64,000 nucleotides of DNA, from positions 1,344,001 through 1,408,000 of the forward strand of contig OZ241456.1 of the NCBI GenBank assembly GCA_965200875.1, given 5' to 3'. The position numbers and the translations under genes were made by a program. Below are positions 38,439 through 49,211 of this stretch, piece by piece (position 1 is the first letter of the stretch; each line of letters starts with the position of its first letter). The stretch is from Bdellovibrionales bacterium (GTDB lineage Bacteria; Bdellovibrionota; Bdellovibrionia; Bdellovibrionales; UBA1609). The notes under the pieces are model-generated. The model saw only the letters and a list, made by a program, of their open reading frames with translations. It ran no database searches and was not told the DNA's origin.

Positions 38439-39626
38439 ATGAAATGTGGTATTATAGGACTCCCTAATGTGGGAAAAAGCTCTTTATTCAACTGTCTCAC
38501 CTCTCTTAAAGCGCCGGCGGAAAACTATCCTTTTTGCACGGTGGATCCAAATATTGGCCGTGTTAATGTTCCAGAGCCAAGGCTGGATGAGTTGGCGCGG
38601 ATTTTTAAACCCAAAAAAGTTACACCTGCCACAATGGAGTTCGTGGATATTGCCGGTCTTATACCAGGAGCACATAAAGGAGAGGGATTAGGAAATCGCT
38701 TTCTCAGTCATATAAGAGAAGTGGATGCTTTAGCTCATGTCGTGCGCGCATTCGATAATGAAAATATATCTCATACCCAAAGCAATGTGGATCCCCTAAG
38801 AGATATTCAGCTGATTGAAACAGAGCTACTTTTAGCAGATATAGAGTCTCTTGAGAGAAAAAAAGAAAAACTCGTCAAACTTTCCAAAAGCTCAATCAAC
38901 AAAGGTCTGAAAACAGAATTGTCTTTGACGGAAAAACTGTTATATCTTTTGTCAAAAGAAGAAAAACTTGCAAAGCAATATATACCGGAAGAGGCAGAGA
39001 AAAAATATTTTCAAAATCTTCACCTCTTAACTTCAAAGCCCTGCCTTTATATATGCAACATGGATGAAACAAAATGGGAACAACACCACCAAGAAACATA
39101 CGAGCAAAAACCAACAGACACCCCCATCACCACAAAAAACAAACCTATTAAAAATACAGAAACTAAATCAGAAAATCTTCATATTGGAGTTTTGGAACAA
39201 ATCAAAAATCAATACGGTTCTGAAAAAGTTTTCCCTATTTGCGTTTCTTTGGAAGTCCAAATAGCGGAACTGGATTCAGAAAATGAAAAACAAGAGTTTT
39301 TATCTGCTTTAAATTTAAAAGAACCGGGATTGCACAGGATGATCAGACATTCTTATTATTTATTAAATTTGATCACTTTTTTTACAGCGGGTAAGCAAGA
39401 AACGCGCGCATGGACTGTCTCAAAAGGAAGCACAGCACCTAAAGCTGCAGGTATAATACACAGTGATTTTCAAAAAGGCTTTATCTGCGCAGAAGTATAC
39501 TCTTTTAAAGATATTCAGTCAGCCGGATCAGAAAAAAAATTAAAGACAGAGGGCAAATACAGACAGGAAGGAAGAAAATATATCGTCCAAGATGGAGATG
39601 TTATTTTATTTCGCTTTAATGTGTAA
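38439..39626 (+). CDS. ychF: Redox-regulated ATPase YchF
   Basis: GLPNVGKS, NYPFCTVDPN, DIAGL, GEGLGNRFL, TFFTAG, IHSDF, VQDGD. Confidence 0.98.
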   Translation: MKCGIIGLPNVGKSSLFNCLTSLKAPAENYPFCTVDPNIGRVNVPEPRLDELARIFKPKKVTPATMEFVDIAGLIPGAHKGEGLGNRFLSHIREVDALAHVVRAFDNENISHTQSNVDPLRDIQLIETELLLADIESLERKKEKLVKLSKSSINKGLKTELSLTEKLLYLLSKEEKLAKQYIPEEAEKKYFQNLHLLTSKPCLYICNMDETKWEQHHQETYEQKPTDTPITTKNKPIKNTETKSENLHIGVLEQIKNQYGSEKVFPICVSLEVQIAELDSENEKQEFLSALNLKEPGLHRMIRHSYYLLNLITFFTAGKQETRAWTVSKGSTAPKAAGIIHSDFQKGFICAEVYSFKDIQSAGSEKKLKTEGKYRQEGRKYIVQDGDVILFRFNV

Positions 39627-39713
39627 AGCCTTCAGCAATACCCATACTCCAAGGCTTTTTACACAGTTTTTGCCTTTTAGATTATATTATTAACTGTAAT
39701 GGACATTTTATCG

Positions 39714-40109
39714 TTACACTCTACTGGATGGGTTTGAAAAAGCAATTACCTCTATCTCCACATCCACTCCCTTGGGCAATCCACTTACCTCCACACAAGA
39801 CCGAGCGGGAAAAGGTTTTTTAAAGTACTTGCTGTAAATCGCATTCACAGAAGAAAAACACTCCATATTTTTTAAAAAAATACTAGCTTTCACAATATGC
39901 TGGAAGTCCATCTGATGAGCACGCAAAACTTCTTTTATATTTTGCAGGACTCTTTCTGTTTGAGCCGTAATATCTCCTGAAACAATTTCTCCGGTTTCAG
40001 GAATCATAGGAATCTGACCGGAAAGAAATAACCAAGAACCTACAGCTATGGCTTGAGAATACGGACCCAGCGGTTTAGGAGCTGATTTGGAAAATACAGA
40101 TTTTTTCAT
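39714..40109 (-). CDS. ridA: RidA/YjgF family enamine deaminase
   Basis: APKPLGPYSQA, SGQIP, PARSCVEVSGLP...VEIE; start at ATG 40109. Confidence 0.93.
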   Translation of the reverse strand: MKKSVFSKSAPKPLGPYSQAIAVGSWLFLSGQIPMIPETGEIVSGDITAQTERVLQNIKEVLRAHQMDFQHIVKASIFLKNMECFSSVNAIYSKYFKKPFPARSCVEVSGLPKGVDVEIEVIAFSNPSSRV

Positions 40110-40158
40110 ATTGTTCCCTTTCTGAATCAAAACCACCGGAAAGAACATTCTGTTTTTT

Positions 40159-41595
40159 TTACTGTTCCCTTTCTGAATCAAAACCTCTGGAAAGAAAATC
40201 ATCCATCTGATATTTTTGCAAACGATATCTAAAAGCACGAGCGGAAAGTTTTAATAAGTCCGCCGCAGGTTTTTTCAGACCATCTGTTCGCTTAAGAGCT
40301 TGAGTTAAAAGACTTTTTTCTAGGTTTCCAATCACAAACTCCATATCCAGCCCCTGCTCAGGAAGAGAAACTCCAAAAGATTCCTTTTCCAAAGCCTGAT
40401 TGGACTCCTCATTTAAAAAAGGTAAAATATCTTTACTTTCTATTTCCTGTTCCCCGCCCAAAATAACCACTCTTTCCATCAGGTTTTCCAATTCCCGCAC
40501 ATTACCGGGATAAGAATATCCCTTCAACATCTGCATAACCTCATTCGAAACCGTCTTTACCGGACAGTTTAATTTTCTGCTGTATCTGTTTAAAAAATGT
40601 TCCACGAAAAGAGGAATATCCTCTTTTCTCTCTCTTAAGGGTGGGATATGTATGCGTACCACATTTAAACGATAAAAAAGGTCTTCTCTAAAATCATTTG
40701 TCCGCACCATTTTCTCCAAATCACGATTGGTGGCTGAAATAAGACGAACATCCACTTTCTTACTCGTTGTGCCTCCAACCATTCTAATAACTTTTTCCTG
40801 CAAAGCTCTCAGCAATTTAGGCTGAACAGTCAAAGGCAACTCTCCAATTTCATCCAAAAACAAAGTTCCCCCATCCGCCAGTTCAAAAAAACCTTTTTTA
40901 TCCATAACAGCACCAGTAAATGAACCTTTTTTATGCCCAAACATTTCTGATTCAATTAAAGTATCCGGTATAGCACCACAATTAACAGCGATAAAAGGAC
41001 GAGAGGATAGAGCACTGTTTTGATGCACAGATCTGGCAATAACCTCTTTACCTGATCCACTTTCCCCCGTAATTAATATGTTTGAAGTGGAATGGGAAAT
41101 TTTATGAATATCCTCAAAAATTTTTTTCATCGCCGGAGATTGCTTGATAAAAGATAACGAGCTTCTCTCTTGATCCAACTCTTTTTTTAATTGTTGATTT
41201 TCCAATTCCAGATTTTTAAGTTTTAAAGCAGATAAAATAGTCAGCTTTATCTCATCCACATTAAAAGGTTTGGGAATATAATCATACGCCCCCATTTTCA
41301 TGGCTGACACAGCGGTTTCCGATGTATCAAATGCAGTAATAAGAATAAAAACTAAATTAGGTTGAACCGGTTTTATTTTTTTTAACAACTCCAAACCAGA
41401 CATATAAGGCATCTTTAAATCAGAGATCACCATATCAAAGGACTGTTTTTCTATCAATGCCAGAGCTTTTCGACCATCTTCGGCAGACACAACCTCAAAT
41501 GAATAATCACTTTCAGAAGACATTCTTTTAAGCAATATTTGAAAAAACTCACGGATAGACTGTTCATCATCCACTACCAAGATTTTTTTATTCAT
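40159..41595 (-). CDS. pilR: Sigma54-dependent response regulator, PilR-like
   Basis: REC domain, GESGSGKE, GSFTGA, LFLDEIGEL, FREDLFYRL, PGNVREL, HTH; in the pilBTCS cluster. Confidence 0.88.
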   Translation of the reverse strand: MNKKILVVDDEQSIREFFQILLKRMSSESDYSFEVVSAEDGRKALALIEKQSFDMVISDLKMPYMSGLELLKKIKPVQPNLVFILITAFDTSETAVSAMKMGAYDYIPKPFNVDEIKLTILSALKLKNLELENQQLKKELDQERSSLSFIKQSPAMKKIFEDIHKISHSTSNILITGESGSGKEVIARSVHQNSALSSRPFIAVNCGAIPDTLIESEMFGHKKGSFTGAVMDKKGFFELADGGTLFLDEIGELPLTVQPKLLRALQEKVIRMVGGTTSKKVDVRLISATNRDLEKMVRTNDFREDLFYRLNVVRIHIPPLRERKEDIPLFVEHFLNRYSRKLNCPVKTVSNEVMQMLKGYSYPGNVRELENLMERVVILGGEQEIESKDILPFLNEESNQALEKESFGVSLPEQGLDMEFVIGNLEKSLLTQALKRTDGLKKPAADLLKLSARAFRYRLQKYQMDDFLSRGFDSEREQ

Positions 41596-41643
41596 AAAAC
41601 TCCGCCAAATATTTTTCTAATTTATACATAATTCAATAAAAAA

Positions 41644-43365
41644 CTATGCGGTTTTTTTCTGTGCCATTTCCCTTGGGCAATAGTTAGGTTGAGTGGGAAA
41701 TCGCAGAACACAGATGGTGCCCTTATTGTCATGGCTTTTATACGATATATGCCCTTTATAAAAAAGAATCAGTTTACGCACTATAGATAAACCCAAACCA
41801 GTCCCTTTGTCTTTTTTAGAATAAAAAGGATCATAAATGTATGGTTTGTCTTTTTCACTGATTCCAATGCCTGTGTCTTTTACCCTGACAATCACCCATT
41901 CGTTATCATCAAAGCTTTCCACTTCCAAATGACCTTCAGATTGACCCTCCATTGCCTCACAAGCGTTTTTAATGATATTAAGAAATATCTGTTTGAATTT
42001 ATCTTTATTTCCTAAAGTCAAACCATGAGACTTTAAAGTAAAGTGATACTTTATATGCTCCCATTTTGGATTCACGAGAACCGTATCCAATAACTCCTCC
42101 AAGACAGAATTTACATTAAGAGATTCCATTTCCACTTTGGATATCCATTCGTCTTCATCTGTTCGTGTTTCCTCATTCGACGCATAATCCAAAAAATCCC
42201 CGATTATTCTATTTAAACGGCTGACTTCACTTAAAGCTATATTCATTAGCCTTTTATTCTCTTCAGAATTTTTATTATGCAGATCCAACAACTGAATACT
42301 TCCTCCAATACTGGATAAGGGATTTCTAAGCTCATGAGCAATTCCCATAGCCATTCTCCCTATGGAAGCGTGCCTCTCTTTTTCAATAGCGTTTTTTTCC
42401 AACTCACGCATTTCCGTGCAATCCTGAAATAAAACAAGATGCTTTTGTTTACTGCTCTGTGATGATGAGTCCTCTAAAGACGGTTCCTTAATTGGATAAA
42501 CAAATAGTTCTATTGATTTTACACAAGAACCATCTTTGTATTCCACATCCAAACGATTCACCATATTACTATTTCCCTTGCCAGATATAATATATTCTCT
42601 GAGTTCCGGGAAAATCTTCTGTATAGGTGACGCCGTAAAAGAAGCTAAATTCAAAATATTCAAGGCGGATTGATTGGAGTGAATAATAAAAGTGTCTTCA
42701 TCCAAAATAAAAAGCCCCATACTGATATTATCCACGATAAGCTTATTCAGGTTTTCCAACCGATGGGCTATTTTATCAGCAACATTCAATGACCATTGCA
42801 TTTTCCGAGCTTGATAGCCTATAAAACCACTCAGCCCGGCAACAGTCACAAAACCAAGGTTATTCAACATGAATGAAAATACCAATGAGGAATCAGATCC
42901 CATTGAATAAGGGTTTAAAATCAAAACCCACGAAAATAAAAACGCGGAAAGCAAGCTTTGAGTAAAAGACCATTTATACTGACCCAACAAACCTGCACTA
43001 AAAATCTGAAGTATATAAACAAATGCCAATACCGAATATAAAGCCGGCGTGGCAATGGCTAAACACATTGTCATTAACACAGCATCCAGAAATAAATACA
43101 ACAAATGAAAAGCTGGTTTAGACTTTATTTGTTCATGGAAATAAAAATATATGAAATCAACCGAAAAAGACAAAAACAAAACCATATAAATAAAAACATA
43201 TAAATCTGAATTTAAAAAAAGAGGCTGAATAAACTGATAGCCTATAAAACCAACCAATAACAGAGAACGAGCAGACACCATAAGACAATGAATTATAAAA
43301 AATTTATTGTCTGCAAAAGGCGTAGGGACAGAATAGCTCTTTAACAAATTCATGGTATTCATCAT
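41644..43365 (-). CDS. pilS: Sensor histidine kinase, PilS-like
   Basis: Multi-TM N-terminus, PAS, AHELRNPL, NIIKNA, DTGIG, GTGLGL. Confidence 0.88.
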   Translation of the reverse strand: MMNTMNLLKSYSVPTPFADNKFFIIHCLMVSARSLLLVGFIGYQFIQPLFLNSDLYVFIYMVLFLSFSVDFIYFYFHEQIKSKPAFHLLYLFLDAVLMTMCLAIATPALYSVLAFVYILQIFSAGLLGQYKWSFTQSLLSAFLFSWVLILNPYSMGSDSSLVFSFMLNNLGFVTVAGLSGFIGYQARKMQWSLNVADKIAHRLENLNKLIVDNISMGLFILDEDTFIIHSNQSALNILNLASFTASPIQKIFPELREYIISGKGNSNMVNRLDVEYKDGSCVKSIELFVYPIKEPSLEDSSSQSSKQKHLVLFQDCTEMRELEKNAIEKERHASIGRMAMGIAHELRNPLSSIGGSIQLLDLHNKNSEENKRLMNIALSEVSRLNRIIGDFLDYASNEETRTDEDEWISKVEMESLNVNSVLEELLDTVLVNPKWEHIKYHFTLKSHGLTLGNKDKFKQIFLNIIKNACEAMEGQSEGHLEVESFDDNEWVIVRVKDTGIGISEKDKPYIYDPFYSKKDKGTGLGLSIVRKLILFYKGHISYKSHDNKGTICVLRFPTQPNYCPREMAQKKTA

Positions 43366-44573
43366 GCTCCTCCAATCACACCTGGCAGTTTAAAGATAGG
43401 TAGATACAAGGCTATAACGACAAAGCCAATAACCACTCCTAAACCAGCAATCAAAAAAGGTTGTATGAGTTCAGAAATAGCACCCGCTGTTACGCGAACC
43501 TGCTCTTCATAAAATTCAGACACTTTCTCCAAAGTAACATCCGTACTTCCTGTTTCCTCCCCAATAGCCACCATATTAGCAACAAGGGGTGGAATAACTT
43601 TTTCTTTCTTAAGAGACTCAGCAACAGATTTGCCTTTTATCACCTGATTTCTGACAGTCTGAATAGATTGCTCAATAAAAAAATTATTGGAAGTAAAAGC
43701 AGAAGTCTTTAAAGCATCTGCCATATTCACTCCTCCTGATAACAAACATGCTAAAGTCTTGCTAAATCTGGCCAAACTGCTTTTCACTGTCAAAGGCCCT
43801 ATAACAGGAAGTAGCATCAATAATTGATCTTTTAACTGACGACCTGCCGGTGATCTCAGATACATAATAAAACAAAAAGGAATAAAAAAACCGGCTATTA
43901 AAATAAATACTATATTATTTCTAAAAATATCACTCATGTTAATCAACATCTGGGTCATCATGGGTAACTCAGCAGACGATCCGGAAAACATGGTGGTAAA
44001 CTTTGGAACCACTTGCACCATAATAATTATAAAAATAATAACAGACACACTCAATACAAACCCTGGATACATCATGGCTTTTGTCACTCTGGATTTTAAT
44101 TTTTCACTTTCTTCTATATATTCTGCTAGACGATTTAACATAATGTCCAAATTTCCTCCCACCTCACCAGCTTCAATAATATTCACATACATATTGCTGA
44201 AAATAGCTGGATACCCAGACAAGGCCATAGCAAAGGTGTCGCCTTTTTCAATACTGACAATCAAATCAGAAATAACTGTTTTTAAAGCTATGTTAAGAGA
44301 TATTTCTTTTACTATCTGAAGAGCCTGTAAAATTGGCACACCGGCATTAATCAAAAAAGCAATCTGTCTAGTAAACTGCACAATATATTTTGTTCTGACC
44401 GTAGCTGAACCTCCACTTCCCAACAGGAAAATGGATTTTTGAAACTCAATATGGATAGGCTCTAATTTTTTTCCTGCCAACATATAAAGAACTTCATTTT
44501 TGTTCTTGGCCTTTACCTTTCCAGAAACAACCTGACCAGAAGGTTTTTTGGCTTTAAATATAAAAGTATTCAT
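43362..44573 (-). CDS. pilC: Type IV pilus platform protein PilC
   Basis: FTRQIAFLINAGVP, AGEVGGNL, AMMYP, IGEETG, ALYLPIF. Confidence 0.95.
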   Translation of the reverse strand: MNTFIFKAKKPSGQVVSGKVKAKNKNEVLYMLAGKKLEPIHIEFQKSIFLLGSGGSATVRTKYIVQFTRQIAFLINAGVPILQALQIVKEISLNIALKTVISDLIVSIEKGDTFAMALSGYPAIFSNMYVNIIEAGEVGGNLDIMLNRLAEYIEESEKLKSRVTKAMMYPGFVLSVSVIIFIIIMVQVVPKFTTMFSGSSAELPMMTQMLINMSDIFRNNIVFILIAGFFIPFCFIMYLRSPAGRQLKDQLLMLLPVIGPLTVKSSLARFSKTLACLLSGGVNMADALKTSAFTSNNFFIEQSIQTVRNQVIKGKSVAESLKKEKVIPPLVANMVAIGEETGSTDVTLEKVSEFYEEQVRVTAGAISELIQPFLIAGLGVVIGFVVIALYLPIFKLPGVIGGA

Positions 44574-44638
44574 TTTTTACCTTTAATAAAATTATTTCAA
44601 CACCGGCTATAGTCACACTTCCCGGTTCTTTACACAAA

Positions 44639-45730
44639 TTACATGGCTTTTTTCATACGGCCACTTTTCTTCAATCTGGCAAACATTTGATTCAATTCAT
44701 TGGGTTCATAAGAGCATGATAATGCTGTCTCTATTGAAATCAACCCTTTGCTGAAAAGATCCTCCAAAGATTGATTTAAGGTAATCATACCCAACGCTTT
44801 TTGTGTTTGCATAATACTGTAAATTTGATGCAATTTCCCTTCTTTAATAAGATTTCTAACAGCTGGATTAAAAAGTAATACTTCCACCGCAGGCACTCGC
44901 TTTTTTCGATCGATAGTCGGCAAAAGCCTTTGAGAGATAATACCCTGCAGTATTTGAGAGAGTTGAGACTGAACAGCTTGTTTTTCCTCTCCAGCAAACA
45001 CCCCTATCAAACGATCTATAGTTTGAAAAGTGTTGTTCGTATGAAGCGTTCCAAATGTAAGATGCCCTGTCTCAGCAATATGAAGGGCTGTTTCTATTGT
45101 TTCCTTATCCCTTAATTCCCCCAGTAAACAAACATCCGGATCTAATCGCAAAGCCGCCCTTAAAGAGTTATGAAAATCAGGAGCATCAAAACCAATTTCT
45201 CTTTGATTGACGATAGATTTTTGATGCTGGTAAATAAATTCTATAGGGTCTTCAATCGTCAAAATATGATATTTTTTATTTTTATTGATTTCATTAATCA
45301 TGGTCGCCAGAGTGGTTGTTTTTCCACTTCCTGTTGGACCAGTCACCAATACCAATCCATGAGGTTTCCTGCTGAGATCAGATATAATTGGAGGTAAACC
45401 TATAGCAGACAATTCAGGAATCACCATAGGGATCTGTCTGAAACACCCCGCCACTGTTTTTTTCTGATAATACAAGTGGCCACGAAATCTCGCAGAATCA
45501 TCAATGGAAAAACTAAAGTCTATATCTCGATCTGTTTCAAATTGACTTTTCTGTTCGTTTGTAATGATCGAGTAACAAAGCTCTTTGCTTTGTTGTTTTG
45601 TCAGAGGGTCCACATTCAAATGCACAATGTCCCCTTTCACTCTCAAAATAGGAGGCACTCCTGCAGTAATATGAATATCAGAAGCATTTTCACGAATAGC
45701 TGTTTTCAAAACCTGCACCATTGAAATCAT
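44639..45730 (-). CDS. pilT: Type IV pilus retraction ATPase PilT
   Basis: ASDIH, GPTGSGKTTT, TIEDPIE, AETGHL, AVRNLIKE. Confidence 0.95.
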   Translation of the reverse strand: MISMVQVLKTAIRENASDIHITAGVPPILRVKGDIVHLNVDPLTKQQSKELCYSIITNEQKSQFETDRDIDFSFSIDDSARFRGHLYYQKKTVAGCFRQIPMVIPELSAIGLPPIISDLSRKPHGLVLVTGPTGSGKTTTLATMINEINKNKKYHILTIEDPIEFIYQHQKSIVNQREIGFDAPDFHNSLRAALRLDPDVCLLGELRDKETIETALHIAETGHLTFGTLHTNNTFQTIDRLIGVFAGEEKQAVQSQLSQILQGIISQRLLPTIDRKKRVPAVEVLLFNPAVRNLIKEGKLHQIYSIMQTQKALGMITLNQSLEDLFSKGLISIETALSCSYEPNELNQMFARLKKSGRMKKAM

Positions 45731-47491
45731 TTAATCATCCCCTACCGTTCCATACATTACTTCATCAATGGATGTGATTCCGTTCATCAGTTTTTCCAAG
45801 CCACTTTTCCTTAATGTTTGTAAGTTGTTTTTCTCAATAGCCAATAGTTTTAATTCTCTGGGGGACAATCCTTTAAAAACACCGGCTTTTAACTCATGGG
45901 ATATTTCCATAACCTCAAAAACAGCCACCCGACCTTTATAACCGGAATTATTACAATTTTGACAACCTTCCGGTTTCATTACTTTGGAACGCGCAGATTC
46001 TGCCTCTCTGTTCGAAAACCCCAAGTTCTTTAAAATATCTATGTTAACCGAATGAGGCACTTTACATTTTTCACATAAAACACGCAAAAGTCTCTGTGCT
46101 ATTACCACAGAAGTGTTCTCCGCCACACTATAAGCCGGCAAACCTATATCCAATAAACGGGTAACTGTGGAAGCGGAATCATTGGTATGCAAAGTACTTA
46201 AAACCAGATGTCCTGTAGCCGCTGCACGATAAGCAATATTGGCTGTTTCCAGATCTCTGATTTCACCCACTAAAATAACATCTGGATCTTGACGCAGAAA
46301 TGATCTTAAAACAGAAGAAAAAGTAAGTCCAATGTTCGCATTAACCTGCACTTGATTGATACCATGTAGTTTATACTCCACAGGATCTTCTGCTGTGGAA
46401 ATATTTCTGTTAGGAGTATTTAAGGTTTGCAAACCGGAATAAATAGTGGTTGTTTTTCCACTTCCTGTTGGACCGGTCATTAAAATAAGACCTTGACTGG
46501 CATCAAGATACTTCTTAAAAATCACCAGCTGGTTTTTATTCATCCCCAGATCAGCAAGCTCTGTTCCCAAAGCAGATGTATCCAATACTCTTAGAACAAT
46601 TTTCTCTCCGTTCACCACAGGCACTGTACTCACCCTGAAACTGACGGTTTTATTATTTACTTTTACTTTTAAACGTCCATCCTGAGGAAGACGCTTTTCA
46701 CTGATATCCAGCTGAGATAAAATTTTAATACGACTGGATATAGAGTCTTTCAGACTTAAAGGGGGATGAATATATTCCGACAAATGACCATCCACTCTAA
46801 AGCGAACACGACACTGGTTTTCATACACTTCAATATGAATATCTGAACAATTTAAACGAACACCCTCCTGAATAATATACTCCACACTTTGAACAGTGGG
46901 ATCATGCTTGATTTTCTGATTGCTCAGACTGTCATCTTCTTGCAAATTCTCCACTGTGGCAGATTCAACAATAGTAAAAATATTCTGTATACTTTTACTA
47001 TTTTCGCTCTTATAATACATATTAATAGTTTTTTGAATATCACTACGTGTTCCAACCATCATTTTAATCTTGGAATTGGTGATCAAAGATACATCATCTT
47101 TTGCCTGTATATCACCAGGATCAGAAAAAGCGACAACAATAGTGTCTTCCACTTCCATAATGGGAATTAATTGATATTTTTCACATATTCTTCTTGGAAC
47201 CTTGGATAATATTGTAGTATCAATTTCAAAGTTGGCAAAATTAATTTTTTGAAGCTGATATTCCTGAGCCATCAATGTCGCTATTTGCTCATCTGAATAT
47301 TGACTGGACTGAAATATAGACGATAAAACACTTCTTCTGGTATCCCCTTTCATAGAGATAATTTTTTTCCAGTCCGATTTCTGTAAAGAATATCTGCTAT
47401 GTTTAAGAGTGGACTTAGCCGTTTTTGCCACAGCTTGTTGTGATTTTAGCTGTATTTTTTTTTGTTGATTTTTGTTGTTCTGTTGTTGCAT
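45731..47491 (-). CDS. pilB: Type IV pilus assembly ATPase PilB
   Basis: SDIHIE, EKRLPQDGR, GPTGSGKTTT, AEDPVE, RQDPDVILVGEIRD, tetra-Cys motif, GYKGR. Confidence 0.95.
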   Translation of the reverse strand: MQQQNNKNQQKKIQLKSQQAVAKTAKSTLKHSRYSLQKSDWKKIISMKGDTRRSVLSSIFQSSQYSDEQIATLMAQEYQLQKINFANFEIDTTILSKVPRRICEKYQLIPIMEVEDTIVVAFSDPGDIQAKDDVSLITNSKIKMMVGTRSDIQKTINMYYKSENSKSIQNIFTIVESATVENLQEDDSLSNQKIKHDPTVQSVEYIIQEGVRLNCSDIHIEVYENQCRVRFRVDGHLSEYIHPPLSLKDSISSRIKILSQLDISEKRLPQDGRLKVKVNNKTVSFRVSTVPVVNGEKIVLRVLDTSALGTELADLGMNKNQLVIFKKYLDASQGLILMTGPTGSGKTTTIYSGLQTLNTPNRNISTAEDPVEYKLHGINQVQVNANIGLTFSSVLRSFLRQDPDVILVGEIRDLETANIAYRAAATGHLVLSTLHTNDSASTVTRLLDIGLPAYSVAENTSVVIAQRLLRVLCEKCKVPHSVNIDILKNLGFSNREAESARSKVMKPEGCQNCNNSGYKGRVAVFEVMEISHELKAGVFKGLSPRELKLLAIEKNNLQTLRKSGLEKLMNGITSIDEVMYGTVGDD

Positions 47492-47621
47492 AACAGCCCT
47501 TTATGAAAAACCGGCCAACTTGGAGGTTTTATAAACCCGATCCCCGTAAAAATGGAGATCACCAGTTCAAAACACTTATTTGTAGTAAATCGGCATTATA
47601 ATGAAAAAAATAAATATTTTT

Positions 47622-48611
47622 TTATTTCCTTTTTTTTATCTGCTGAAAATAAAAACGAGCATGGGCAACATCCTGCTTAATTTGCTGGACAAGTGCGCTT
47701 GCTGAAGAAAACTGTTTTTCAGGACGAATATATTGTAAAATTTCCACTTCAAAGACTTTTGTATCCCATCCTTTGTTTTTTCCAATAATATGAATCTCTA
47801 TTTTTTTTAAACAATCCTTTGAAAATGTTGGACTAGTGCCAATATTCATAACTCCGTAAAAATACTGATTTTTTTCCCTAATTCTTACTGTATAAACTCC
47901 ATTTACCGGCAGTAACACATTTTCATCCGGTTTTATGTTGATAGTCGGAAAACCCAGCTTTCCACCCCTGCCCTGTCCGCTCACAATTAACCCTGTGATA
48001 GAAAAATATCTCCCTAAAAGCGCAAATACCATATCCCAGGCACCGGATAAAACAGCTTTTTTTATATAAGAGCTGGATACAGTTACTCCTTTCTTTTTCA
48101 CGGAAGATACTGTTTTTAGACTAAAGTTGTGTTTTTTAGCCAATGTTTGCAGTAAAGAAACAGAACCAGCCCCTTTTATTCCAAATCGAAAATTATATCC
48201 CACAACAATTAATGAAGGCTGTATGGGTGCAATAATACATTTTTCCATAAATGCCTCAGGAGACAGGCGGGAAAAAGTTTTAGTAAAGGACTCCACTATT
48301 ATATAATCCAAACCTGTTGTTTGCAGAATTTCCCGGGTTTTTTCGGGAGCACATAAAAGCTTATGTTTTTTTTCAGGAAATAGGAATTGAACAGGATGAG
48401 GGGAAAAAGTATAAAGTGCGGATACTTTGTTATTTTTTCGGGCATATTGAGTAACAATTTCTATCAATCGTCTATGACCTGAATGCACTCCATCAAAATT
48501 ACCAATTGTTAACACAGCCCCTTTCAACAAATCTGCCTGAGAATGATAATCTGTTGTCTCTAACTTCTGAATATGTGGATATTTTTTTTGTATCCGAAAT
48601 ATTTTTTGCAT
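47622..48611 (-). CDS. ribF: Bifunctional riboflavin kinase/FAD synthetase
   Basis: TIGNFDGVHSGH, VGYNFRFG, LGFPTIN, IRPEKQF. Confidence 0.96.
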   Translation of the reverse strand: MQKIFRIQKKYPHIQKLETTDYHSQADLLKGAVLTIGNFDGVHSGHRRLIEIVTQYARKNNKVSALYTFSPHPVQFLFPEKKHKLLCAPEKTREILQTTGLDYIIVESFTKTFSRLSPEAFMEKCIIAPIQPSLIVVGYNFRFGIKGAGSVSLLQTLAKKHNFSLKTVSSVKKKGVTVSSSYIKKAVLSGAWDMVFALLGRYFSITGLIVSGQGRGGKLGFPTINIKPDENVLLPVNGVYTVRIREKNQYFYGVMNIGTSPTFSKDCLKKIEIHIIGKNKGWDTKVFEVEILQYIRPEKQFSSASALVQQIKQDVAHARFYFQQIKKRK

Positions 48612-48623
48612 AATTTGTTTTTT

Positions 48624-49118
48624 TCAAGGAGATGATTGGAAAAAAGTAATATGAGCCATAATGCCCGCTTTAACAGCTATCTCACCATCCACGAAAGCCA
48701 CACCCTTTCCCCAATAAAAAGAAGATTTTTTTTTTATCATCTCCACTTTCAAATCCAATATATCTCCAGGAAACACAGGTTTTTTAAAACGAACATCCTC
48801 CACACCTGTAAAAAACAGTTTTTCAATAGGAGAGTCTCCTTTTATAGCGCAACAGCAAAGTGCTCCTGCCTGCGCGATGGATTCCAAAATCAATACCCCC
48901 GGCATAACAGGATTGCCCGGAAAATGGCCTTCAAAAAATTGCTCATTTCCTGTAACATTTTTTCGCGCCTTACATACACGACCTACAATATCCCCCGGTT
49001 GTTTTTCCGTAACATTAATCACCTGATCTATCATTAAAAAAGGATACCGATGCGGAATCAATTTTTTTATTTCCTCAACTCGCAAAGGAAACCATGATTT
49101 ATTCAAAATACACCTCAT
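48624..49118 (-). CDS. fabZ: 3-hydroxyacyl-ACP dehydratase
   Basis: IPHRYPFL, GHFPGNPVMPGVLILE, FKKPVFPGD. Confidence 0.97.
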   Translation of the reverse strand: MRCILNKSWFPLRVEEIKKLIPHRYPFLMIDQVINVTEKQPGDIVGRVCKARKNVTGNEQFFEGHFPGNPVMPGVLILESIAQAGALCCCAIKGDSPIEKLFFTGVEDVRFKKPVFPGDILDLKVEMIKKKSSFYWGKGVAFVDGEIAVKAGIMAHITFFQSSP

Positions 49119-49211
49119 AAAACTTTGAAATTATTTTCTAGGAAAATGATAAAAAATCAAGTGATAGCAATATGTTAAAAGCTTTTCGCTAGGGAACTGA
49201 GTGCTTTTTTA

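Noticed and set aside
40110..40238. N-terminal extension of RidA in the ORF track
   Set aside because: Artefact of the 51-nt duplication overlapping pilR; ATG at 40109 gives a normal-length RidA.
44133..44160. Perfect XerD arm (ATTTAACATAA) as a dif site
   Set aside because: Lies inside pilC and has no XerC arm at 6-bp spacing.
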